A program made the position numbers and the translations under genes. A model generated the notes under the pieces. The model saw only the letters and a list, made by a program, of their open reading frames with translations, searched no databases and was not told the origin of the DNA. A stretch of 64,000 nt of DNA from the human T2T-CHM13v2.0 reference genome, Homo sapiens. Where the stretch lies: assembly GCF_009914755.1 (NCBI RefSeq), contig NC_060936.1; one strand, 5' to 3'. Below are positions 11,710 to 24,157 of this stretch, in pieces (position 1 is the first letter of the stretch; the number at the start of each line of letters is the position of its first letter).

Positions 11710-13160
11710 AATTTATCCCGAATTCTTCTTGGCATTCTAGCTTTGAGTATTCCTCTTGAAAAGTCTATTTGGATCCTAAATTATTTTCTTTTGTATGTGA
11801 ACTTTTAAACTTTTTTATTCGAAAATTTTTACATCTGCTTATGATTGTCAGTATTTTAAAGTTTCATGCTGATGAGCATAGTGTGTTAATTTTTAAAAAT
11901 CATTAAGCTGGACATTTGCTAGGCTTTTCTTGTTTGGAAACTTGGGGGCTTATGTTTGGGAACTTTTTCTTCCTTATTTGTTTACTAATTCCCTACCTTC
12001 TCTTAGCTTTATAAAAAAGACAAAATCTCTTTTTGATCAGTGTTTGGACCTCCTGAACTGATCTACTAATATTCTTACCTATGGCAGTTTCCATTTCATT
12101 TTGTTCTGCTATATGTGAGGATGCTTTAATTTTATTATTTAGCTCTTCCAATAAATCTTTTACTTCATCTTAATATTTTTAGTTTTCAAGAACTCCATCT
12201 GGCTAAACTGACACTCCGTTTTTATGGTAGCCTATTCAATACAATGACTTTTCATTCATCTGAGAATAAAAATTATAATTTTAATTTTAGAGAGCAGAAT
12301 GAATCTACTTTCTGCATTCCCTGTTTTCTATGAGTTCCGTTTTTTCTCTTTGGTCTTTGGTGTTTTTAATCTCTGGTGGGGCTTTCCTCAATAGCCAGTG
12401 ATTTTTATTGTCCATTTATTTTTAAAATTAAGGCATTAAAATCCGGAATGGATGCCCTGTATGAGGAGATGGGGCCTTCCCGCTTAGGGGCTTCTACATG
12501 ATGGTGATCTATTGGGAACCTTTTCATTTCATATTGGGAATTTCACCCTACTCCTTATCCACAGGCTTGCCATTTTCTCCAAAAACGAACCCTCTAAGGA
12601 TATGCCAAGTAACAGTAGGGGCTAGTGGCTGCACAGTTTGGTATGTAGACTTTTACTTAACTCTCTGTGTTCAGTTTAGCTCCTTTCTTATGCTTTCTGC
12701 TTTACCTCCTGAACCTGAGCCCAGAGCCTGTTGTTCTGATTCAAAATAACAGTTTTGAACTCAGTTCAAAACAACCGAGTCAATTGGCTATCCACACGAG
12801 GAGAAGAGATCTCATCTCACTGTCTCTAAAGAAACTTAACCAACACCTTCTTGATTGTAGCCCCACCCCTTCCCCTGCTTTTTGTGATACTCAATTCCAG
12901 AGCCTGTACAGGGTCTGGAGAAGGAATCAAGTACAGGTATCCTTGCCTTTCTGCCCATCCAGTGTTGTTATGCATCTTTCTGTGCTCTGCTAACTCCTCC
13001 ATCCTCTTAATAGTGCCATTTCAGTCTACTATTGTCTCCTCTTGCATTCTTTGTGTGTATTTACTATTTTTATTTTTTTTATTGTTTACTTTCATTTTAA
13101 TGAGGTTTTGGGAGGAGCAGAAATGAGAAGCATGTGTTTAAGCTATGTTTAATCAGAAAG
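11710..13160 (-). mobile_element. Very old L1ME/HAL1-like 5' region
   Basis: T-rich degenerate antisense ORF1-like sequence, ending in a HAL1/L1ME-like 5' terminus (gaagcatgtgtttaagctatgtttaatcagaaag). Confidence 0.5.
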
Positions 13161-13739
13161 CTACTGAATCATTACAAACATACCAAAAACATTTTTAAAG
13201 GACGTTTTGCTACTTTATACTAGCTATACCAAGAATATATTATTACTAATCTAGACATGCAATTAATTTAAACAAACAAAATCTTGGTCTAAACATTCAT
13301 GTTATTAAATACCAGATTCCTAAACTGTATAATTTTATAATCCTCACTTCCTAAAAATGCTATAATCACTATAGGAAAAATGTTTTCCTGGGTGTTAACA
13401 CTGACAATTTTAATTTTTTTCCTTCATATCACTTATATGAGATCTTGTGAAAGTCTATTGGAACTGAACTTAGGAATATTAGAGCCAATACAAACCATAA
13501 AGTAGGGAAATTCTTTTCATCCCCAGCCTCATCCCAAGCTTGTGTTTTCATTCTAGGGGAAAATGAAAGCACAAGTAAACAGCAAATGTCATCTTTCTTT
13601 TTCTGGGCATGCAATGAATCTTTTTCAATATTTAAAATCACTTCTAATTACCCTGCCCCCATTTTCCCTTCTGGATTATTCCCCACTGTGTGTAGTACAC
13701 GCCTTCCAATTGCAGAATCTATTCATGAATAGAGACTAA

Positions 13740-14128
13740 AATTTATCTGGGATCTGCATGCAAAGCCTGGCTCCTATAAGGCTGCCTCTCCCCAGATGAG
13801 ATGTCATGTTCTAATTAACATAAGGACTCCAACTCTTTTCTGACTAGCAATAGTTGTGGTCACTCAGATCTTGCTTCTGGGGTTTTGCATAAAAGGTGCC
13901 CTCATATGCATCTCAGTTATAGTAGCTTGTGGACCAGATAGATTCTGCAGCATCACTTTTAATGTGGTTTCTGATGCCCAGCCCTTAGGTGTTTCCAAGT
14001 TTTATCATCTTTCTACACTTGATCTCCCATTAATATTGTGAACCCCATAACAGCTCAGTAAATTTCACTTTAGCTGAAGATAGCCAGTGTTGATGTCTAC
14101 TGTTTGAAATCAGAATTGATAGAGTGCA
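13740..14128 (+). mobile_element. ERVL LTR (LTR33/LTR41/LTR16 group), degenerate
   Basis: 3' end agtaaatttcactttagctgaagatagccagtgttgatgtctactgtttgaaatcagaa resembles the shared LTR16/33 terminus. Confidence 0.5.
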
Positions 14129-15533
14129 TAAATGCATCAGTGGAATACCATCGCCTATCTTTGGGGTGGGTATGGGGGTGTGGAATAGAAAGGGTGGTTG
14201 ATAAATTATTGAAAAAATGTGAGCTCTGATTCTTTGTAATATTCTATATCAAATACTTCCCCTCCACTACCATCTCTCTACCTTGTCTGCCCACCCCCAC
14301 CCCAACTCCTTGACCTGCAGCCTCGTGACAAAGATGTGAAGTGTCCAGCACTTTAGACCTAGGGGCAATTGCTTTGGTAGGCTTTATTCTAGGGACGACT
14401 GTCGACACCAATAAGAACAGACAACAGTAATAGGAGTGAATAAGATGGTGGGAATGTGAACATCAAAGCAAAGAACAATATTCAGCTTGAAACAAGGTCA
14501 CTAGCTCTTGATGTAAGGTGAGAGTGGGAGGAGGATCTCAGACCACAGATTTTTAAGTTAGCAAGAAACCAAATAGCAATGCTTAAAAAAAAAAAATTCC
14601 TTCTTGGCAGAAGTCAGTGAAATGTAAGTTTGCAAAGTGAAATAAAAGAATCAAGAGTCTAAGTTTTTTTCTTAAATCTGAGGCACCAAAGGAATAGAAG
14701 AGGCTAATTAAAATGAGCTACTTTATCAGATACACACATTATTTTATTAATTCCAGTGCAAACTATTCAAAAAGGAGAAAAACAAAGCTCAGATGAACAC
14801 TCTTAAAAGCAGTGTGAGCTTGGTTTTCTGGGTAATGTAACCCATAAAGGGAAGTATAGATAAGCAATTCAATTTGGAAAATAATGACCCATACTATGAA
14901 CTGGGCCCCATGTGACAAGCTGTTGCTACAAAATACAGCAAAAGTCTGTCATAAAGGCTTATGGAACTGGAACCTCTCAAAATGGTAGAGTACTTACTGT
15001 TTACTTTTGTTAGCTTTCCCCCCCTAGTCCATAAGCCTCACTGAACAATAACATACACCAAGAAACTTATTAAGAAATGTAATATTTCAAAGTAGATTTA
15101 ACAGCTGCCTTTGCAGTGTTTGAGAAGATGAAAACATAATGAAGGGGACGGAGGTGAGGTGTGCACACAGTTGAGTGTACAAGGGGGTCTCCCTGGTTTT
15201 ACTCTATTAATTGCACTAAGGAGATCCCGTGGTAATTCACACAGAAGCTGGATTGAAATGTTCTCTACATTATTTATTTCACTTAAAAGCTATTTGTGAT
15301 CCTACTAATGGATTTGATGATGTTTGCTAAGTAAATCAATTCAGAAGATGCTTGAAAAATGTGCAGGTGAACCATGCAAGAATGAAATTGAAGACCTGTA
15401 TATAACATATTGTGATTTATTTTGCTGAGACACAAATTTGAAATATGGACTCTACAAAGCTGGAGATCCTAAGCAATCACTCGATATGATATATTTTTGT
15501 TGTTGACTACATATCTGTAAATAAACAGTACCT

Positions 15534-15644
15534 CTTGCCTTTACATAAAAATCAAGATTTTGTTTCACTCCAGGAAAACTTGCCTTTTACATAAAAATCT
15601 TGCCTTTACATAAAAATCAAGATTTGGTTTCATTCCAGGAAAAC
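15534..15644. repeat. Complex local tandem duplication (45-bp unit, 20-bp partial unit, 45-bp unit)
   Basis: cttgcctttacataaaaatcaagattttgtttcactccaggaaaa / cttgccttttacataaaaat / cttgcctttacataaaaatcaagatttggtttcattccaggaaaac. Confidence 0.9.
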
Positions 15645-16228
15645 AGCTGGATGTTAATTGCCTACATCTAGGGAATACATTGGAATAATGGAATTTCACT
15701 TTGGGATGCTTTGGCGGTAATTCAAAGAGGTAAGGTATTATCTTCTAGACCAGGTGAAACTGAGGACAGATTTTTGTACCAAATTGTAAGAGTAAGCCTA
15801 TCCTGATCTGCCATAAAGAGCTGGGTTTCAAGTACACACAAAAAGCATTTGATGGGGTGAGAATACCAACACATAAGCATGGTTCTCCAGGGGAGCTGGA
15901 GTAGGAGCTCCTGTAGGGAGCTGACTAGAAGACCAGCCATACGTACTGAGCCCCACATTGAGACTCACAAGAACAGATCCTCTTATTTCCAGGTTTAATT
16001 TGCAGGGTAGCTGCTGCTCACATGAGAAGCTTCTAGTAGGCATATTCCAATGTTGAACAGCTCCAAGTAGTTCATTATTTAACAGTGATTAATAACTTGT
16101 CAGAACAATTCCATATATGTCATCTTTGAAAGTGATAAAAAAATTGGTCCTTTATTAGAAATGGTCAAGAAAATAGAAGACAGTAGTTCATTTTGTTGGT
16201 AGTAGTGACAGAAGATGAAACAAAAAAA

Positions 16229-16480
16229 GTTTTTTTCAACTTTTAAGTTCAGGGATGCATGTGCAGGATGTGCAGGTTTGGTACACAGGTAACCATGGTG
16301 GTTACAGGTGCCATGGTGGTTTGTTGCACAGATCAACCCATCACCCAGGTATTAAGCCCAGCACCCTTTAGCTATTCTTCCTGGTGCTCTCCCTTCCCAC
16401 TCCCCTTCCCACAGGCCCCAGTGTGTGTTGTTCCCCTGCCCTGTGTCCATGTGTTCTCACCATTCAGCTCCCACTTATAC
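16229..16480 (-). mobile_element. L1PA (PA13-16-like) 3' end fragment
   Basis: ttttaagttcaggg...gtgcaggatgtgcaggttt...cccatcacccaggtattaagccc...cagctcccacttata. Confidence 0.85.
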
Positions 16481-16704
16481 ATTTAATATTTAGTGCAATA
16501 GTTGCTCACCGGTGTGATGTGATGAATTACATTAAAGGCACTAATAGAAATTAGAAATATAAAAAATATGTTATTTGTGAACTTAAAGATTTTTCTGTAG
16601 TCTTAGGGTATGACTGTCAGAATGTCAAGCAACTACCATAGTGTAAACAAGACTTGATAGGAGGTGTTTCAGCTACTTATGGGATTAAATGGATTTCAGG
16701 TAGC

Positions 16705-16920
16705 CTTTGGCATTAGAGTTCACACACTTGACATTTGCCTCTCAGGCCTTCAGCGAGCATTCTAGCCTGCAATCCTGAGCTAGTTGTTTAATATCTCTCA
16801 GCTTCACTGCTTCATCAGTAACATAGAGTTCAAAATGCATTCCTCATCTACCATATAGGGGTACTCAGAGTATTAAAAAGAAAATAATATTCGAGAAACT
16901 TTTTGTGTGATCTCTAAATT
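16705..16920 (+). mobile_element. MIR fragment
   Basis: Degenerate core gttgtttaatatctctcagcttcactgcttcatcagtaa. Confidence 0.5.
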
Positions 16921-17285
16921 ACCAAAAAAAAAAAAAAAATTATCATTACTTCACCATGGAACCATGTGCTAATTTCTTACTATTCCTATCTGTTCCCTGA
17001 AACAAAACAACAGTGCTGCTTAGGACTATTTCCAGCTGTCTTAGTTCTAGTTACCCCTTCATACCCAATGCCAAAATACTGCTTTTGTAAACAAAATTCT
17101 GTAATTCACACTTTCCGCTAATGTTTGGCTCCTTTCTTCAATTCATCCTAATGGAATTTGATCATATTTGTTGAAAGATAGTATCACATTTCTTCATTGC
17201 CTGTGCTTGGTTTATTTTCTGCCATCCTAACTAATTTCTAAAAAATGAAACATGTTTCAGATTTATTTTTATCTTCCTATGATAT

Positions 17286-17705
17286 TTTGGTAGGCAAAAT
17301 AATGGCCTCCCAAAGATGTCTATCTGCTAGTTCCTGGAACCTGTGGATATGTTCTTTTACAATGCAAAAAAAATAAAACAAAATTTTTGTCTATGAGATT
17401 AAGGACCTTGAGATGTGAGTACCTTGGGTTTTCCTAGTAGGCCTATTAGAATCACAGGATTCTAGTAATGAGAGGCAGGAGAATCAGAGTCATAAAAGGC
17501 CATGTGAAGCCAACATACATGGGGGGCCTCTAGAACCTGGAAAAGGCAGGGAAATGGACTCTCCCCTAGAGCCTCCAGAATGAACACATCCCTGCTGGCC
17601 TATTTTAGACTTCTGACCTCCAGAACAGTATGTGAATAAATTGGTGCCAATTTAAGCCACTAAGCTTATGGTAATTTGTGACAACAGCATCAGGAAACTA
17701 GTACA
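17286..17705 (+). mobile_element. MLT1D-like MaLR solo LTR
   Basis: Start tggtaggcaaaataatggcctcccaaagatgtc; end ggaaactagtaca; TSD GATAT/GCTAT. Confidence 0.88.
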
Positions 17706-18084
17706 GCTATTTTTGTGGGTTATTTATTATTTGTTGGAGGAGGAATATTTGTGTTGGTGATATATGTTTTATAATTGAGTCAAGAAATCAAAGATGAAGG
17801 AAATGCCAGGATGGGAAGTCTACCAAACCAAGAGCGCTATTACAGCTTCCCAGTTTCTCACATAAGTTAATAACAATAGACAGGAATGTAGCAATTTTAG
17901 AGACTCAAAGAACTTGAGAAATAATAAAAATTAATACTTAGTTACTAAGATATTATCAGCTGAGAAATTTGAGGAAGTGCAAAAATGGTGTTGAAATATT
18001 GCAAACTCCAAATTATTTAAAACTTTAATTTTTTTAGGTCATTATTGTCTGTTTTCTTGTTTGTTTTTTCACTATATAGAGTTT

Positions 18085-18225
18085 CCATTTGTACCAGGCA
18101 GTCATATCTCATTTGCCTCTTCAAACAACTCTGGAGGTGTATATTGTTAATATCCTCCATCTTAATAGGGAAATTGAGGCAGGGACAGAATGAGTAACTT
18201 ATGTAGTCCACATAGCCAATAAGCA
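18085..18225 (-). mobile_element. MIR fragment
   Basis: atctcattt...aacaactctggaggt...gaaattgaggcagggacag. Confidence 0.6.
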
Positions 18226-18370
18226 TTATATCTCCTCTATAGCCCTAATTACAGCAAGTTGAAATTACTCAATTTGTTGGTTGAATAAATAGATGCCATT
18301 ACTATGCTGTGGCTAATTCTTAGGTTGGAGAGTGAGCAATTTATTTGATCTTTGGACCCCTGTTACAGCA

Positions 18371-18749
18371 TGATATGGTTAGACTTTGTATCCCCACCCA
18401 AATCTCATTTTGAATTGTAATCCCCATAATCCCCACATGTTAAGGGAGAGACCAGGTGGAAGTAGTGCAATCATAGGGGCAGTTTCCCCCATGATGTTCT
18501 TGGGATAGTGAGTGAGTTCTCACGAGATCTGATGGTTTTATAAGGGGCTCTTTCCCCTTCACTGGGCACTTCTCCTTCCTCCTGCCTTATGAAGAGGGTA
18601 CCTTGCTTCGCCTTCACCTTCCGCCATGATTGTAAGTTTCCTGAGGCCTCCCCGGCCATGCTGAACTGTGAGTCAATTAAACCTTTTTCCTCTATAAATT
18701 ACCCGGTCTCGGGCAGTTCTTTATAGCAGTATGAAAATGGACTAATACA
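18371..18749 (+). mobile_element. THE1 (THE1D-like) MaLR solo LTR
   Basis: tgatatggtt...ccccacccaaatctca ... ATTAAA ... ggactaataca; TSD CAGCA/TAGCA. Confidence 0.92.
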
Positions 18750-19809
18750 TAGCATCTCATCCAATAATTATTAAACAATCTTTTGACCTTCACTTCATGA
18801 GACCTGTGAAAATATAAAAAGACCTTACTGAGATTTTTTAATGAATCACCTAATATACAATAAAACATATGGCTATTTAATTTTAAATGGGTTTGTGAAG
18901 GTCAATATTATGTTAAATAATGCAATAATAATGATTCCAAAAAGAAACTAACAAAGATTCTTCAACAATGTGGTAAGTAATTCCCAAGAATTAAATATTT
19001 AATCAAAAACATTTAATAAAAGTGAAATTGCTTCTGAAAGCCAGGCTGCATTTTTGGTAGATTAACTGGACAGATTCCACAAACATTTGTCTAAGCCATT
19101 TGGAAAATCACTTTCAACCCTAATACAATGAAAATATATTATCCATGTTAGTAACAATGTCCCATCTGTTTAAGCATTTTACAACCAACTGAAAGCCATA
19201 CCTGCAGAGAGCCTTATGGCTCTGAATTCAAAAACAGTTGCAAGTTGAATGCATGTGACAATATTACCTGGTAAACAGGCCCTATGAACTTCCTTTTAAA
19301 GGACTTCAATGATACTGTGAACCAGCCTTTCAAAATAAACCCACTGAATCAACCAATTTTACGGAGAAATAGAATCTCTCCAGTCAATGATAAGTGACTT
19401 CTCAGTTTTGAAGATACTTTAATGGAACTGCTTCTTTAAAATTGAAGCCTATCTAGTATGAACACCAAAAGGGTAGGCAAGCCACACAACCGCAAATGAA
19501 ATGCATTTATAAGCCATCAGTGTTTAAATGTCCAATATATTTAGAATATCTATCAACCCATATAATTAATGATATAAAAACTTGAAGGTAAAGATAAATG
19601 TTTCATCCATTATTTCAGCTTTAAAATTAAAGAAGGAAGGTTGACATTTCTGTCTTCATTGAATAGAGAGACTAGAACTAAAATATTCCATTCCGGAAGC
19701 AAATTGGGGATTAAAAAAACAGAAATATTCAAGAGATAAATTAACCAAATGAGGGGTTCGTGTGTAGATATTAGATAACCAGTAAATATAGCTAGATTTT
19801 TTAAATAAT

Positions 19810-19990
19810 AGTTTCATTTACAAAGCACTTTGAATATGGTATATGATTTTTATGATATCCATGTGTAATAGGTAGGTTTAGAATCATCTTCATTTTACAG
19901 AAGATTAAGGCTCAAGGTGACTTATTTATTGCCTAATGCCACACAAATTTTAAGAGGCAAAGTGGAGGCTTTTGGCTCTAATCCAAGTAT
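19810..19990 (-). mobile_element. MIR fragment
   Basis: catttacaaagcacttt...cattttacagaaga...aaggtgactt. Confidence 0.6.
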
Positions 19991-20322
19991 ACATTTTTCA
20001 ATATTTGCCTCTTCTTTGCCATCTCCACCAATTCAACTATATTTATCACTAGAAATTTTAAAGAGATTACCTACATATTACATCTGAGAATAAAAGCCTT
20101 AATATTAAGGCTGTAAATTCTAGAAACATTACATACATCAAACTCAAAAACATTCTAGGATCATTTAGACATAAAAAGCTACTTGCTATGTTAGATGGCA
20201 GTGTTCCTTGTGGTAGACTCAAATTTTCTAAAGCCTGAGTAATTTTCCAAAGCCAACTCAAAGAAAGCAGTATAAAGGTGATATATCAGGCTGTTTAATC
20301 AGTGTCCAATTTACTAACTATA

Positions 20323-20489
20323 GGGCTACAAATCGCACCACCACACCCAGCTAAATTTTTTGTATTTTTAGTAGAGATGAAATTTTGCCATGTTGCCCAG
20401 GCTGGTTTCGAACTCCTGGCCTCAAGTGATCTGCCCACCTCAGCCTCCCAAACCGCTGGGATTACAGGCATGAGCCACTGTGCGTGGTC
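20323..20489 (-). mobile_element. Alu (AluJb-like) left arm plus start of right arm, 3'-truncated
   Basis: Left monomer and A-rich linker present; no right-arm 3' end or poly(A). Confidence 0.85.
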
Positions 20490-20920
20490 ACAAATTGCAA
20501 TAAATTCTGATGGTGTGTATGTACAATCAAACAAACCCAAGCAAAAATTTTGGCAAAATGCTGAAGGACAGGAAAAGTAAGAAATCAAAGGAAGAAGTTT
20601 CAGAGTAAGTAAATAATAATTTGGCTGTGTCAAGAGGCATTCCAATGGAAAGAAATTAGAGCTGAAGGGGATATTCTAAGCACTGATCCAGAGACATCTA
20701 ACTATCTCCAGAAATGTGAACTTCTCTCCACAATATTTAAGATTGATGAATCAGACAGCAGATAATTGTTCATGAAAACAAAAACCTTGTGGAAAGTGTC
20801 CTGATCCTGGTTTACCATCCAAAGACCTTGATAAGCCTACTTGCAAATCAAATCTTCAGTGAAAATTTTGGACAGATGATAGTCTCTTTAAGTGCAGTTC
20901 TAAGAGCTTTGGAGCTCTGA

Positions 20921-21147
<227 letters not shown>

Positions 21148-21422
21148 TAGATTCATATTTTAAGAAGCTATGGCTGATCCATCTCAGGCGGAATTTTTTT
21201 TAAAGTGAACATTCAAAATATAGTTTTTAAATTGTTTAGTTTTATTTAACTTATTTATTTGTAACATCAGTTGTTTATATTTTCATAATATAAAACATGT
21301 TATTAGGAAAAGAATAGCCAAAGTACAACATTTTGTTATTAAAAAATACGATTACTATATGGCAACATGGAAAAGCTGGTCAATTAGTTGAAAAATACCC
21401 ATATGAGATGATCCAACAGTGA

Positions 21423-21754
<332 letters not shown>

Positions 21755-21799
21755 CCGAAACTTTCTTTCAACAAGAGTTAGAGGAGTACAGAGAAGAGA

Positions 21800-22120
21800 A
21801 TAAATTGGTGAGGAATTTCATGGAAGAGGTGAAATTTAAGAAGAATTTTAAAGAATAGGTAGAATTTGGTTATGTGGAAAGGAGTCAAAAAGTTTTTCCA
21901 GGCAGAAGGAAAATTGAGTAAAAACTTTGAGTCAGAAAAAAGCATGATCCAGAAATGTGAGAAAACTAGTCTGGGACACTGAGTTGTTTTTTTCTTTGCA
22001 TGTATTCAACAAATATTTATTGAATAACTACCAAGTTTCCAGCGCCATACTAGGTGAGCAAGAAACAAGATAAATAATGCGTAGTTTTGCTCTCAATAAT
22101 CTCATTGTCTGGCTAGAGAA
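21800..22120 (-). mobile_element. L2 fragments
   Basis: tttcatggaagaggtgaaattt; ttccaggcagaagg; attcaacaaatatttattgaa (L2 3' end, antisense). Confidence 0.65.
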
Positions 22121-22124
22121 ACTC

Positions 22125-22790
22125 TATTAGTAAGAAATTATGTTCAGCTGCCTGAAAAGGCAATCTTAGCCAAGATTCCAAACAGGTGTGCTATATAATT
22201 GCATTCTTGTTTTGCCAATGTGTTACAGGTGCGACAAGATAATGAACCTCCATTCCTCTGAGAGAAGAGTATTTTGAATATTCGACTTTGCCCATGAATT
22301 TCCCTTTCCATGCAAGTATTAAATATTTCAATTTTTTATGTATTTTGTGATGTTAAAAGAAAATAGAAACACTGGCTTCATCAAACAGGTTGATATTTTA
22401 TTGTATTTAAAAAATCTGTAATACATACCCAGGCATGGTACAGAGTTTCATAATGTCACTATAGCTTCCTTTTTATCTTGTTTCGTCATCCTTCATACAT
22501 GGCTTTTATTTTCATGGTTACCACATGGCTCCAAAATGCATGCTCTGTGTCTAGCCTCTCATCAAAATTCCAGTTATGAAGAAGGAGGCTATGCCTATAT
22601 TAGGAAGCCAAAATTTATCTTAAAACCACCAGCAATATTCTAGTTGTTCTCATTGATTAGAACTGTGTCGAGTGGGTAGCCTAGCAGCAAGAGGGTCAGA
22701 GGGAATACAGGTTTTTAGCTGGATAGAAAGCTATTCAAAATAAAATTATAGTTCTTTTACTAAGAACAAAGTAGAGGATGGCAATTGGGT
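22125..22790 (-). mobile_element. MLT1K/L-like LTR interrupted by MER112
   Basis: Antisense MLT1 motifs (ttcagctgc; tctcattgattagaactgtgtc...cctagcagcaagagg; aaaattatagttc). Confidence 0.55.
22171..22374 (-). mobile_element. MER112-like hAT-Charlie element
   Basis: ttccaaacaggtgtgc...gttacaggtgcgacaagata...gaaacactg resembles the MER112 reverse complement. Confidence 0.55.
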
Positions 22791-22899
22791 CTCTTGGTTC
22801 TGTTCCAGGTGCAAATACATAAGCAAACAATTATAGTGTAATATATTAACTAAAGCAATGCATAAAAGATCTTGAAGGAAGAGAAGAAATACAGGGAAT

Positions 22900-24157
22900 C
22901 TGAGATGACAGAGTAGGAAACACCAAACATCTGTCTTCCCACCTATCCAGCAACTGCATTTGCAGGATCTGTCTAATGTAACTGTTTTGGAACTCTGAAG
23001 TCTATTGTACATTTGCAGCTTCCAGCGGGGAAGGCCTGGATGGTAAATTGCAGTTAATTTTGGTCTATTTTAGCTCTTGGCAAAGGAGCAGCTACCCATT
23101 CCCCACTCTTCAGCCAATGGCAGACAGCTGTGCATTTGCTCTAGGAGCGGCTTGCACACAGCTTGAGGAGGCCAAGGTAGGAAAAGTGGACTCAGTCTTC
23201 CAAATATCAGGGATTTCTGCTCTGATTGCTGATCATTGCTTCTGATCACAGAGGTGCAGATAGAGAGGTAGTGGTCATTGTTGCATCTCTTACCTTTGCT
23301 GTAGGCCCCTCCTACTTCGGTTGACATATTCCCCAGGGAATTTAAAGGGTCAGCATCTTTTTCCCCTTTTATTTCGCACCCCCTCCGCCCCGCCCCACCC
23401 CGCCCCACCCCACCCCACCCCGCCCCGCCCCGCCCCGCCCTGCCTTTTGAGAGTGAGACATTGAAGAATAAAACATTCAAAAGCAACCGCATATATGGGA
23501 GTAAGTAAAAAGTTACTGTGCGTGCCTAGGTAAAGGAGCAGGCTCAGAAAAATACCTGAGAAGACCTAAAGTTTATATCTCAGGCTGGTGCTGGGCAAAG
23601 AACAATAAAATACAAAGATGAAAACAAAACAAACAAACAAACAAGAAACCCTGGGGAAAGGGAAGAATCTGCTATTCAGAGTTACCATATTATTCAAGTC
23701 AAATGTTAACACTTTAGAATATAACTTTAGGATATTTTGCATGATGCAAAAATGGTAATCACAAGAAAAATTACACAAAAGGAAATGAGAAAGGAATTTA
23801 AAGTTTCACTACAATAAATTGGAGAAACACAAAAGAAAACAGTAATTCAATAAATGAAGATGAAAAACCTATAGGCATATAGAAAAAAAATCTAAACACG
23901 ACAAAAGCAAATTCCACCATATCAGTAATCACTCTAAGTGTAAATTGCTTAAACTATCCAATCAATAAACAGACTGGCAGAATGGATTTTTTTAAAAAAT
24001 GAGCCAACTATATGCTGTCTACTCACATGAGATCCAAAGACACAAACAGGTTGATAGTGAAAAAATGGAAAGGGATATTCCATGCCAGTAGTAATCACAA
24101 GAAAGCAGGGTGGCTATAGTATGTCAAACAAAATGGACTTTAAATATAAAAAGCTTA
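22900..24157 (+). mobile_element. Old L1M (L1MB/L1M4-lineage) 5' UTR, with ORF1 largely deleted, joined to the ORF2 start
   Basis: 5' end gagatgacagagtaggaaacacc...ctattgtacatttgcagcttcc; ORF2 EN start atatcagtaatcactctaagtgtaaattg...agcagggtggctata. Confidence 0.7.
23387..23441. repeat. (RCCCC)10 pentamer array (GGGGY on minus strand)
   Basis: Ten perfect GCCCC/ACCCC units followed by GCCCT, read directly. Confidence 0.95.

Noticed and set aside
18900-18980. Possible + strand exon ending at TG|GTAAGT
   Set aside because: Weak acceptor and stop codons in all three frames.
23070-23492. 140-aa ORF with an RGG-like stretch
   Set aside because: The GRGG motifs are the translation of the GGGGY pentamer array inside an L1 5' UTR.
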